Shown: positions 18,154 to 26,215 of the stretch, piece after piece
Numbering within the stretch: position 1 is the stretch's first letter
Layout: the number at the start of each line of letters is the position of its first letter
From: Cupriavidus necator
Lineage (GTDB): Bacteria > Pseudomonadota > Gammaproteobacteria > Burkholderiales > Burkholderiaceae
Length of the DNA stretch: 32,000 bases
NCBI RefSeq assembly: GCF_016127575.1
Contig: NZ_CP066018.1
Coordinates: 2,010,001 to 2,042,000 of the forward strand
Reading direction: 5' to 3'
Program-made: the position numbers and the translations under genes
Notes under the pieces: model-generated
What the model was told of the DNA's origin: nothing
What the model saw: only the letters and a program-made list of their open reading frames with translations
Database searches by the model: none

Positions 18154-19587
18154 ATGAAGCATATCGTCAAGAACATCCACTTCGTGGGCATCGGCGGCGC
18201 CGGCATGAGCGGCATCGCCGAGGTCCTGCTGAACCTGGGATACAAGGTCTCGGGCTCGGACGTGGGCAACAATGCCGCCACGCGGCGCCTGGCATCGCTC
18301 GGCGCCACGGTCATGCACGGGCATGACGCGGCCAACGTGACCGGCGCCAACGCGGTGGTGGTGTCGACCGCCGTCAGCGGCGACAACCCCGAAGTGCTGG
18401 CCGCCCGTAGCAAGCGCATCCCGGTGGTGCCGCGCGCAGTGATGCTGGCCGAACTGATGCGCCTGAAGCAGGGCGTGGCCATCGCCGGCACGCACGGCAA
18501 GACCACCACCACCAGCCTGGTGGCGTCGGTGCTGGCCGAAGGCGGGCTGGACCCGACCTTCGTGATCGGCGGCCGCCTGAACTCGGCCGGCGCCAACGCG
18601 CGCCTGGGCACGGGCGACTTCATCGTGGCCGAGGCCGACGAGTCGGACGCATCGTTCCTGAACCTGTTCCCGGTCATCGAGGTCATCACCAATATCGATG
18701 CCGACCACATGGACACCTACGGGCATGACTTTGCCCGGCTCAAGCAGGCGTTCATCGAATTCACCCAGCGGCTGCCGTTCTACGGCATCGCGGTGCTGTG
18801 CGTCGACGACCCCAACGTGCGCGAGATCCTGCCGTTCGTGTCCAAGCCGGTGGTGCGCTACGGCTTTGCCGAGGATGCCCAGATCCGCGCCGTGGACGCG
18901 CGCGCGGTCGACGGCCAGATGCACTTCACCGTGCAGCGCCAGCTCAACGGCCATACCGAGCCGCCGCTCGAGATCGTGCTGAACCTGCCCGGCCTGCACA
19001 ACGTGCAGAACGCGCTCGCGGCGATCGCCATTGCCACCGAGCTGGAGGTGCCCGATGCCGCCATCGTCAAGGCACTGCGCGAGTTCCATGGCGTGGGCCG
19101 GCGCTTCCAGCGCTACGGCGAGGTGGCCACGCCCGACGGCGCCGGCACCTTCACCCTGGTGGACGACTACGGCCACCACCCGGTCGAGATGGCGGCCACG
19201 CTGGCCGCCGCGCGCGGCGCGTTCCCGGGGCGCCGCCTGGTGCTGGCGTTCCAGCCGCACCGCTTTACCCGTACGCGGGATTGCTTTGAGGACTTCGTCA
19301 AAGTGCTGGGCACCGTCGATGCGCTGCTGCTGTCCGAGGTCTACGCCGCCGGCGAAGCCCCGATCGTGGCCGCCGACGGCCGTGCGCTGACCCGCGCGCT
19401 GCGCGTGGCCGGCAAGGTCGAACCTGTTTTCGTGGAGCAGATGGAAGAAATGCCGCAGGCCATCCTGGATGCCGTCCGGCCGGGCGATGTGGTCGTGACG
19501 ATGGGCGCGGGCTCGATCGGGGCCGTGCCGGGGCAGCTGGTGTCGCACCAGCAATCGACGCAATCAACGCAGGGAGGCCAGGCATGA
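18154..19587 (+). CDS. murC: UDP-N-acetylmuramate--L-alanine ligase
   Basis: 477 aa with '[18 protein letters not shown]' and '[12 protein letters not shown]'. Confidence 0.95.
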   Translation: MKHIVKNIHFVGIGGAGMSGIAEVLLNLGYKVSGSDVGNNAATRRLASLGATVMHGHDAANVTGANAVVVSTAVSGDNPEVLAARSKRIPVVPRAVMLAELMRLKQGVAIAGTHGKTTTTSLVASVLAEGGLDPTFVIGGRLNSAGANARLGTGDFIVAEADESDASFLNLFPVIEVITNIDADHMDTYGHDFARLKQAFIEFTQRLPFYGIAVLCVDDPNVREILPFVSKPVVRYGFAEDAQIRAVDARAVDGQMHFTVQRQLNGHTEPPLEIVLNLPGLHNVQNALAAIAIATELEVPDAAIVKALREFHGVGRRFQRYGEVATPDGAGTFTLVDDYGHHPVEMAATLAAARGAFPGRRLVLAFQPHRFTRTRDCFEDFVKVLGTVDALLLSEVYAAGEAPIVAADGRALTRALRVAGKVEPVFVEQMEEMPQAILDAVRPGDVVVTMGAGSIGAVPGQLVSHQQSTQSTQGGQA

Positions 19588-20567
19588 GCTTCGTGGCCCA
19601 TCCCAATATCGATCCCAAGTCGCTGGGCAAGGTCGGCGTGCTGCTGGGCGGACGCTCGGCCGAACGCGAGATCTCGCTGATGTCTGGCAACGGCGTGCTG
19701 GCCGCGCTGCAGTCGCGCGGCGTGGACGCGCACGGCTTCGACCCGGGCCTGCAGAGCGTGGCCGAGCTGGCCGCTGCCGGCTTTGACCGCGTCTTTATCG
19801 CACTGCATGGCCGCTATGGCGAGGATGGCACCATCCAGGGCCTGCTCGAGCAGCTGGGCGTGCCGTACACCGGCAGCGGCGTGCTGGCATCAGCCATGGC
19901 CATGGACAAGCAGGCCACCAAGCGCTTGTGGATGACCTATGGCCTGGCCACGCCGCGCTTTGCCATGCTGCATGCGGACACTGATTTTGATGCCGTGGCG
20001 GCCGACCTGGGCCTGCCGCTGATCGTCAAGCCGGCGCGCGAGGGCTCGTCGATCGGCCTGACCAAGGTCACTGCCGCCGACCAGATGCGCGCGGCGTTCG
20101 AGAAGGCCGCGGCGCTGGACAACGACGTCATTGCCGAGACCTTTATCGACGGCGCCGAACTGACCTGCCCGATCGTGGGCGAGGGCGACAGCGCCGAAGC
20201 GCTGCCGGTGATCCGCATCGTTGCACCCGAAGCCAACTACGACTATCAAAATAAGTACTTTACTGACGATACCCAGTACTTGTGCCCGTCGGGCCTGGAT
20301 CCCGAAGTCGAACGCGAGGTCCGGGCGCTGGCGGTGCAGTCCTACCGCGTGCTGGGCTGCCGCGGCTGGGCGCGTGCCGACCTGATGCTGCGCGCCGACG
20401 GCAAGCCTTTCCTGCTCGAGATGAATACCTCGCCCGGCATGACCGGCCATTCGCTGGTGCCGATGGCGGCGCGCGCGGTTGGCATCAGCTACGAGGACTT
20501 CGTGATGCAGGTGGTGGCCGCGGCCACGCTGGACCTGCATCCCAACGAGCATTGGAAACCCGAATAA
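19584..20567 (+). CDS. ddl: D-alanine--D-alanine ligase
   Basis: 327 aa ATP-grasp protein with '[18 protein letters not shown]', '[15 protein letters not shown]' and '[10 protein letters not shown]'. ATGA overlap with murC. Confidence 0.95.
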   Translation: MSFVAHPNIDPKSLGKVGVLLGGRSAEREISLMSGNGVLAALQSRGVDAHGFDPGLQSVAELAAAGFDRVFIALHGRYGEDGTIQGLLEQLGVPYTGSGVLASAMAMDKQATKRLWMTYGLATPRFAMLHADTDFDAVAADLGLPLIVKPAREGSSIGLTKVTAADQMRAAFEKAAALDNDVIAETFIDGAELTCPIVGEGDSAEALPVIRIVAPEANYDYQNKYFTDDTQYLCPSGLDPEVEREVRALAVQSYRVLGCRGWARADLMLRADGKPFLLEMNTSPGMTGHSLVPMAARAVGISYEDFVMQVVAAATLDLHPNEHWKPE

Positions 20568-20594
20568 CGCAACCGAACAGGACCGTACCGGACC

Positions 20595-21509
20595 ATGTGG
20601 CATAACGCACGCCTGCTCAACCTGATCGCCTCCGCGCTGTACGCGCTGGTGGTGCTGATGGCGCTCGCGGCAGGCCTGCTGTGGCTGGCGCAGCGGCCGG
20701 TGTTCGCCATCACCCATGTGGAGATCGGCCCGCTGGACGGCGGCGCCCTGCGCCACGTGAACGCGCCCAGCGTGCGTGCCAGCGCGCTGGGCAAGCTGAC
20801 CGGCAATTTCTTCACGCTGGACCTGAACGCGGCCCGGCAGGCATTCGAGTCGGTGCCCTGGGTGCGGCGCGCCAGCGTGCGGCGCGAATGGCCCAACGGC
20901 CTGGCGGTCGAGGTCGAGGAACACGAGGCGCTGGGCACCTGGGGCACGCCCGACAGCGGGCGCCTGATCAATACCTATGGCGAGGTCTTTGTCGCCAACA
21001 CCGCCGAGGCGGAAGAAGACGCACAGCTGCTGGCGCTGGACGGGCCGCCGGACAGCGAGGGCGATGTGATCGAGAAGCTCGAGGTCATGCGCCAGTGGTT
21101 CAAGCCGCTCAAGGCCGAGCCGCTGGCGGTGGCCCTGTCTGGCCGCTATGCGTGGCGCGCGAAGCTGTCCAACGGCATGGAGGTCGAACTGGGCCGCGAG
21201 CAGAACGATGAGGATCGCGTGGCGATGGACCAGCGGGTCCGGCGCTTCGTCGCGGCCTGGCCGCAGGTCACCCAGCAATGGGGCAGCCAGATCGAGTATG
21301 CCGACTTGCGTTATCCCAACGGCTTTGCCATCCGCGCCGCCAATGCCCGCTTCCTGACCGAGGCGCAGATCGCAGCGGCGGTCAGGGCGGAGAAGGCGGC
21401 GAAAGCAGCGAAGGCGGCCAAGCCGGCGCCGGCGGCAGCAGCGGTTTCAGGTACTTCCAACAACAATCCGACGCGACTGAAGAGCAAGAACGCGGAGAAA
21501 ACCCGATGA
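20595..21509 (+). CDS. ftsQ: Cell division protein FtsQ
   Basis: 304 aa. N-terminal TM segment, POTRA region ('FAITHVEIGP...') and conserved position. It has a Lys/Ala-rich C-terminal tail. Confidence 0.9.
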   Translation: MWHNARLLNLIASALYALVVLMALAAGLLWLAQRPVFAITHVEIGPLDGGALRHVNAPSVRASALGKLTGNFFTLDLNAARQAFESVPWVRRASVRREWPNGLAVEVEEHEALGTWGTPDSGRLINTYGEVFVANTAEAEEDAQLLALDGPPDSEGDVIEKLEVMRQWFKPLKAEPLAVALSGRYAWRAKLSNGMEVELGREQNDEDRVAMDQRVRRFVAAWPQVTQQWGSQIEYADLRYPNGFAIRAANARFLTEAQIAAAVRAEKAAKAAKAAKPAPAAAAVSGTSNNNPTRLKSKNAEKTR

Positions 21510-22738
21510 GCAAGGAATACAAGGACCTGTTGGTCGGTCTCGATATCGGCACCTCGAAGGTGGCGGCGGTGGTCGCAGAACTGCGCCCCGACGGCAGCTA
21601 CGAGGTGATCGGGATGGGCCAGTCAGAGTCCAAGGGTCTGAAGAAAGGGGTCGTGGTCAATATCGAGGCCACCGTGCAGTCGATCCAGAAGGCGCTGGAA
21701 GAGGCCGAGCTGATGGCCGACTGCAAGATTTCGGAGGTCTTCACCGGCATTGCCGGCAGCCACATCCGCAGCTTCAACTCCAGCGGCATGGTGGCGATCA
21801 AGGACAAGGAGGTCACGCAGACCGATGTGGCGCGCGTGATCGAGACCGCCAAGGCGGTCAATATCCCGACCGACCAGCAGATCCTGCACATCCTGACGCA
21901 GGAATTCATCATCGACGGCCAGGAGGACGTGCGCGAGCCCATCGGCATGAGCGGCATCCGCCTGGAAGTGAAGGTGCATATCGTCACCGGCGCGGTCAGC
22001 GCCGCGCAGAACATCGTCAAGTGCGTGCGCCGCTGCGGCCTGGAAGTGCACGACCTGATCCTGCAGCCGCTGGCTTCGAGCCTGGCGGTGCTGACCGAGG
22101 ACGAGAAGGAACTGGGCGTGGTGCTGGTCGACATCGGCGGCGGCACCACCGACATCGCCATCTTCAGCGAAGGCGCGATCCGCCATACGGCCGTGATCCC
22201 TATCGCCGGCGACCAGATCACCAACGACATCGCGATGGCGCTGCGCACGCCGACGCCAGATGCCGAGGACATCAAGATCCAGTACGGCATCGCCAAGCAG
22301 GCGATCGCCGACCCGGACGACATGATCGAAGTGCCGGGCGTGGGCGACCGTGGCACGCGCACGCTCAGCCGCCAGGCGCTGGCCGCGGTGATCGAGCCGC
22401 GCATCGAAGAGCTGTACTCGCTGGTGCACCAGGTGGTGCGCGAGTCGGGCTATGAAGAACTGTTGTCGTCCGGCGTGGTCATCACCGGTGGTACCGCGAT
22501 GATGCCGGGCATGGTCGAGCTGGGCGAGGACATCTTCCTCAAGCCCGTGCGCGTGGGTGTGCCGGAGTACCGCGGCAACCTGCACGAGGTGGTGAAGAGC
22601 CCGCGCTACGCGACCGTGATGGGCCTGCTGCTGGAAGGCCGTGTGCAACGCATGCGCGGACGCAAGGTGGCGGTGCAGAGCGGGTCGGTCAAGCAGGTGT
22701 GGACCCGCATGAAGGAATGGTTTGTCGGCAATTTCTGA
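21506..22738 (+). CDS. ftsA: Cell division protein FtsA (actin-like ATPase)
   Basis: 'LLVGLDIGTSKVAAVV' phosphate-1 motif, 'VLVDIGGGTTDIAIF' and a C-terminal amphipathic helix ('VWTRMKEWFVGNF'). The ATG at 21506 gives an ATGA overlap with ftsQ. The ORF extension back to 21278 lies inside ftsQ. Confidence 0.95.
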   Translation: MSKEYKDLLVGLDIGTSKVAAVVAELRPDGSYEVIGMGQSESKGLKKGVVVNIEATVQSIQKALEEAELMADCKISEVFTGIAGSHIRSFNSSGMVAIKDKEVTQTDVARVIETAKAVNIPTDQQILHILTQEFIIDGQEDVREPIGMSGIRLEVKVHIVTGAVSAAQNIVKCVRRCGLEVHDLILQPLASSLAVLTEDEKELGVVLVDIGGGTTDIAIFSEGAIRHTAVIPIAGDQITNDIAMALRTPTPDAEDIKIQYGIAKQAIADPDDMIEVPGVGDRGTRTLSRQALAAVIEPRIEELYSLVHQVVRESGYEELLSSGVVITGGTAMMPGMVELGEDIFLKPVRVGVPEYRGNLHEVVKSPRYATVMGLLLEGRVQRMRGRKVAVQSGSVKQVWTRMKEWFVGNF

Positions 22739-22918
22739 TCAATGCGGAAATTGACGCGCTGACGATGCAACGGCGCGCAGGCAGGGCGGTCTACCGGACA
22801 GGCCTGTGTGCCGAGTGGAAGTTTTCTGGTTTTCTTTTTATTGGTTTCTTGTTCAGAAACCAGGGGTTGCGGCGGGGAGGCTGCATCGTCTGGGGACTGA
22901 TTTTTCTCGGAGGCAGTG

Positions 22919-24112
22919 ATGGACTTTGACATGATCGAAACGGAAGTGCAGGACGGCACCATCATCAAGGTGGTCGGCGTGGGCGGTGCGGGCGGTAACG
23001 CCGTGCAGCACATGATCAGCCGCGGCGTGCAAGGCGTCGAATTCATCTGCATGAACACCGATGCCCAGGCGCTCAAGCGTTCGAGCGCTTCGCGCGTGCT
23101 GCAACTTGGCAATACGGGCCTGGGCGCTGGCGCCAAGCCGGAAGTCGGCCGCAACTGCGCCGAATCGGCCCGTGATCAGATCGCCGACTCCCTGCGCGGC
23201 GCGCACATGGTCTTCATCACTGCCGGCATGGGCGGCGGCACCGGCACGGGCGCCGCGCCGATCGTCGCGCAAGTGGCCAAGGAGATGGGCATCCTGACCG
23301 TGGGCGTGGTCAGCAAGCCGTTCGACTTCGAAGGCGCGCGCCGCGCCAAGGTGGCCGAACACGGTTCCAGCGAGCTGGAATCAAGCGTCGACTCGCTGAT
23401 CGTGGTGCTCAACGAGAAGCTGTTCGAAGTGATGGGCGACGACGCCGAGATGGACAAGTGCTTCCAGTGCGCCGACGACGTGCTGCACAACGCGGTGGCC
23501 GGCATTGCCGAGATCATCAACGTTGACGGCCTGGTGAACGTCGACTTCGAAGACGTGAAGACGGTGATGGGCGAGCAGGGCAAGGCCATGATGGGGACGG
23601 CCACCGTGTCGGGCGTGGACCGCGCCCGCCTGGCAGCCGAGCAGGCCGTTGCCAGCCCGCTGCTGGAAGGCGTTGACCTGTCCGGCGCGCGCGGCGTGCT
23701 GGTCAACATCACCGCCAGCCGTTCGCTGAAGCTGTCGGAAACCAAGGAAGTCATGAACACCATCCGCAGCTACGCGGCGGAAGATGCGACCGTGATCTTC
23801 GGTACGGTGTACGATGACTCGATGAGCGATGCGCTGCGCGTGACGGTGGTGGCCACGGGCCTGGGCCGCTCGGCCAAGAAGCAACAGCCGATGACCCTGC
23901 TCAAGACCGGCACGGACAACATGCCGGTGCAGATGATGGCCAACATGACCGCCGCCGCGGCCACGCACAGCTCGCCGGACTACAGCAACCTGGATACGCC
24001 GGCAGTGTGGCGCAGCTCGCGTGAGTCGGCGTCGGCTCACGTGGCGGCGCTGCAGGAAAAGGGTGTGGATACGTACGACATCCCGGCCTTCCTGCGCAAG
24101 CAGGCAGACTGA
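22919..24112 (+). CDS. ftsZ: Cell division GTPase FtsZ
   Basis: Tubulin signature 'GGGTGTGAAP', 'IKVVGVGGAGGNAV' and the conserved C-terminal peptide 'DIPAFLRKQAD'. GGAGG SD at 22909-22913, 5 nt before the ATG at 22919. A GTG at 22916 is the alternative start. Confidence 0.97.
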   Translation: MDFDMIETEVQDGTIIKVVGVGGAGGNAVQHMISRGVQGVEFICMNTDAQALKRSSASRVLQLGNTGLGAGAKPEVGRNCAESARDQIADSLRGAHMVFITAGMGGGTGTGAAPIVAQVAKEMGILTVGVVSKPFDFEGARRAKVAEHGSSELESSVDSLIVVLNEKLFEVMGDDAEMDKCFQCADDVLHNAVAGIAEIINVDGLVNVDFEDVKTVMGEQGKAMMGTATVSGVDRARLAAEQAVASPLLEGVDLSGARGVLVNITASRSLKLSETKEVMNTIRSYAAEDATVIFGTVYDDSMSDALRVTVVATGLGRSAKKQQPMTLLKTGTDNMPVQMMANMTAAAATHSSPDYSNLDTPAVWRSSRESASAHVAALQEKGVDTYDIPAFLRKQAD

Positions 24113-24212
24113 GCCCTGCCTGGCGCGGCATCGGTGCCTCCACCGGCCGCCTGACGGAACGCGTCGCCTTGTCGCGATGCACGTGCGCTCCCCATCCGCG
24201 CGTGCCTTGCAT

Positions 24213-24319
24213 GGACTGACGTGAACCGCCGGGCTGCTGGCGGCGCCGCGCCTGCGCCGGACTGAGCTTCACCCGCATCCCGCCGGGACTGGCGTGCCGC
24301 TGGCCGCCTCCCCGGACTG
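24213..24319 (+). repeat. Cluster of four GGACTG motifs (degenerate ~27-28-bp units) in the ftsZ 3' untranslated region
   Basis: GGACTGA at 24213 and 24259, GGACTGG at 24286 and 24314. The last three are spaced 27 and 28 bp apart. The units share C-rich tails (TTCACCCGCATCCCGCC / TTTCCCGCCTTCCCGG). Confidence 0.6.
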
Positions 24320-24350
24320 GTTTCCCGCCTTCCCGGTCGGGATGTATCAG

Positions 24351-24395
24351 CGTCCGCGCGGCGCACCCAAGAGGTGCGCCGCGCGGACGTCTTTG
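24351..24395 (+). terminator. Perfect 17-bp-stem hairpin ending the dcw transcription unit
   Basis: CGTCCGCGCGGCGCACC (24351-24367), loop CAAGA, GGTGCGCCGCGCGGACG (24373-24389), followed by TCTTTG. It lies 239 nt after the ftsZ stop. Confidence 0.55.
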
Positions 24396-24416
24396 TAGCA
24401 AGGTCTTTGTAGCAAG
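24389..24416 (+). repeat. Perfect tandem duplication of the 14-mer GTCTTTGTAGCAAG
   Basis: Copies at 24389-24402 and 24403-24416, immediately 3' of the terminator stem. Confidence 0.9.
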
Positions 24417-24422
24417 GTGTAT

Positions 24423-24452
24423 CGGATCCGCGCCGGATGTCACCGGATGTGA
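24423..24452 (+). promoter_or_regulatory. Helically phased direct repeats (CGGAT x3; CCGGATGTSA x2) abutting the prx -35
   Basis: CGGAT at 24423, 24434 and 24444 (spacing 11 and 10 bp). The last two belong to the adjacent 10-mers CCGGATGTCA (24433-24442) and CCGGATGTGA (24443-24452). Confidence 0.35.
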
Positions 24453-24459
24453 CCCGGCT

Positions 24460-24487
24460 TTGGCAATGCGGGCAAGGCGCCTATGAT
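24460..24487 (+). promoter_or_regulatory. Candidate peroxiredoxin promoter TTGGCA-16 nt-TATGAT
   Basis: -35 at 24460-24465 and -10 at 24482-24487, ~85 nt upstream of the prx ATG and downstream of the ftsZ terminator hairpin. The -10 is bracketed by the inverted repeat GGGCAA (24470-24475) / TTGCCC (24495-24500). Confidence 0.45.
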
Positions 24488-24573
24488 CTTGAGATTGCCC
24501 GTCTGACTGAGTGCGGGCGTCTGCGCCCCGGCATCCGGACTATTCTTCAGAAAACCCAGAAGGACCACGACCC

Positions 24574-25080
24574 ATGATCACTGTCGGTTCCCGCGTCCCC
24601 GACGCCACGCTGCAGGAATTCTTCGAAACCGAAGGCAACGGCTGTGCGCTCGGCCCCAATGCCTTCAAGGTGGCGGACCTGGTCCGCGGCCGCAAGATCG
24701 TGGTGTTCGGCCTGCCCGGCGCTTTTACGCCGACCTGCTCGGCCAAGCATGTGCCGGGCTTTGTGCAGCACGCCGCGGCGCTGCGCGAGGCCGGCGTCGA
24801 CGAGGTCTGGTGCGTGTCGGTCAACGACGCCTTCGTGATGGGCGCCTGGGGCCGTGAACAGCAGACTGGCGGCACGGTGCGCATGATGGCCGACGGCAGC
24901 GCCGAGTGGACCCGCGCGCTGGGCCTGGACCAGGACCTGGGCGCGCGCGGCATGGGCGTGCGCTCCAAGCGCTACGCGATGGTGATCGACGACGGCGTCG
25001 TCACCCGGCTCGACGTCGAGGCACCGGGCGAATTCCGCGTCAGCAGCGCCGAAGCAGTGCTGGCGGCGTTGCGTGGCTGA
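24574..25080 (+). CDS. Peroxiredoxin, Prx5 (PrxD) subfamily
   Basis: 168 aa with the peroxidatic-Cys motif 'LPGAFTPTCS' and 'VWCVSVNDAFVM'. The start ATG at 24574 is preceded by GAAGGA. The ORF extension to 24511 has no homology-like content. Confidence 0.87.
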   Translation: MITVGSRVPDATLQEFFETEGNGCALGPNAFKVADLVRGRKIVVFGLPGAFTPTCSAKHVPGFVQHAAALREAGVDEVWCVSVNDAFVMGAWGREQQTGGTVRMMADGSAEWTRALGLDQDLGARGMGVRSKRYAMVIDDGVVTRLDVEAPGEFRVSSAEAVLAALRG

Positions 25081-25233
25081 CACAGTCATCCGGGTAAACG
25101 TGGATAATACGCAACTTGTTAAGGGGATGTTAACAGCCGGAAACAAAACCCGGCTGCAGCGCCCCTGAGGTGGTGGTAAAATCCCTTAATCATAAAAGCT
25201 GCCCGATAGATTTTTATAATAGTTGAGGCTGTC

Positions 25234-26151
25234 ATGCTCAAACAGCGCACCATCAAATCCCTGGTAAAGACCGTTGGCATCGGCCTGCACTCGGGACGCA
25301 AGGTCACGTTGACCCTGCGTCCCGCGCCGGCGGACACCGGCATCGTCTTTACCCGCGTCGACCTGCCCGAGGCCGTCGAGATTCCCGTGGCCGCGTCGGC
25401 CATCGGCGACACGCGCCTGGCATCGGTGCTGCAGAAGGATGGCGCGCGCGTTTCGACCGTCGAGCACCTGATGTCGGCCTGTGCGGGCCTGGGCATCGAC
25501 AACCTCTATGTCGATGTCGACGCCGAGGAAATCCCGATCATGGACGGCAGCGCCGCGTCCTTCGTGTTCCTGCTGCAGTCGGCCGGCATTGAAGAGCAGA
25601 ACGCGCTGAAGACCTTTATCCGCGTCAAGAAAGCGGTGGAAGTGCGCGAGGGCGACAAGCTGGCGCGGCTGGAGCCGTTCTTCGGCTTCAAGCTGTCGTT
25701 CACCATCGACTTCCGCCACCCGGCGGTCGACAAGACCGGCCAGACTTTCTCGATCGACTTTGCCGACACCAGCTACGTGCGCGAGATTGCCCGCGCCCGC
25801 ACCTTCGGCTTTGCGCACGAGGTGGAAGCCCTGCGCGAGATGGGCCTGGCGCGCGGCGGCAGCCTGGACAACGCGATCGTGCTGGACGAGCACCGCATGC
25901 TCAACAATGAAGAGCTGCGCTACGGCGACGAGTTCGTGCGCCACAAGATCCTGGATGCGATCGGCGACCTGTATGTGGTGGGCCACCCGCTGATCGGCGC
26001 CTATGTGGCGAACAAGTCGGGCCACGGCCTGAACAACCAGCTCCTGCGCGCGCTGCTGGCCGACCAGGAAGCCTATGAACTGGTCACCTTCGACCGCGTC
26101 GAGGAAGCCCCGGTCGCGTTCCTGCCGCAGGCGCAGCCGGCGTTTGCCTGA
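25234..26151 (+). CDS. lpxC: UDP-3-O-acyl-N-acetylglucosamine deacetylase
   Basis: 305 aa. '[24 protein letters not shown]', 'STVEHLMSA', '[10 protein letters not shown]'. GAGG SD. Confidence 0.97.
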   Translation: MLKQRTIKSLVKTVGIGLHSGRKVTLTLRPAPADTGIVFTRVDLPEAVEIPVAASAIGDTRLASVLQKDGARVSTVEHLMSACAGLGIDNLYVDVDAEEIPIMDGSAASFVFLLQSAGIEEQNALKTFIRVKKAVEVREGDKLARLEPFFGFKLSFTIDFRHPAVDKTGQTFSIDFADTSYVREIARARTFGFAHEVEALREMGLARGGSLDNAIVLDEHRMLNNEELRYGDEFVRHKILDAIGDLYVVGHPLIGAYVANKSGHGLNNQLLRALLADQEAYELVTFDRVEEAPVAFLPQAQPAFA

Positions 26152-26170
26152 TCCTGGCGAACTGGCGCAG

Positions 26171-26199
26171 AAAAAAGCCGACCCGAGGGTCGGCTTTTT
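26171..26199. terminator. Bidirectional rho-independent terminator shared by the convergent lpxC and DUF721 genes
   Basis: AAAAAA-GCCGACC-CGAG-GGTCGGC-TTTTT. The stem has an A-run on one side and a T-run on the other, so it can work on both strands. Confidence 0.8.
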
Positions 26200-26215
26200 C
26201 GTGTTCGGCAACGGG

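Noticed and set aside
7767-21278. Series of long minus-strand ORFs under the dcw genes (7767-9374, 9959-11677, 11515-13074, 13079-14143, 14258-15835, 15754-16716, 17025-18011, 17788-19563, 19890-21278). Also 12-1514 under fadD, 5393-6114 under coq7, and 25186-26211 under lpxC.
   Set aside because: All are antisense shadows of strongly supported genes. Their composition is low-complexity (R/A/G/H/Q-rich), they have no SD or start context, and they overlap one another. They are not credible as coding.
23901-24443. Minus-strand ORFs (180 aa and 109 aa) and the + ORF 24021-24224 covering the ftsZ 3' end and the ftsZ-prx intergenic region
   Set aside because: They overlap the ftsZ coding end and run through the terminator hairpin. 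They have Arg/Pro/Ala-rich translations, no SD, and GC3 not better than the other positions by eye. I treat 24113-24350 as non-coding.
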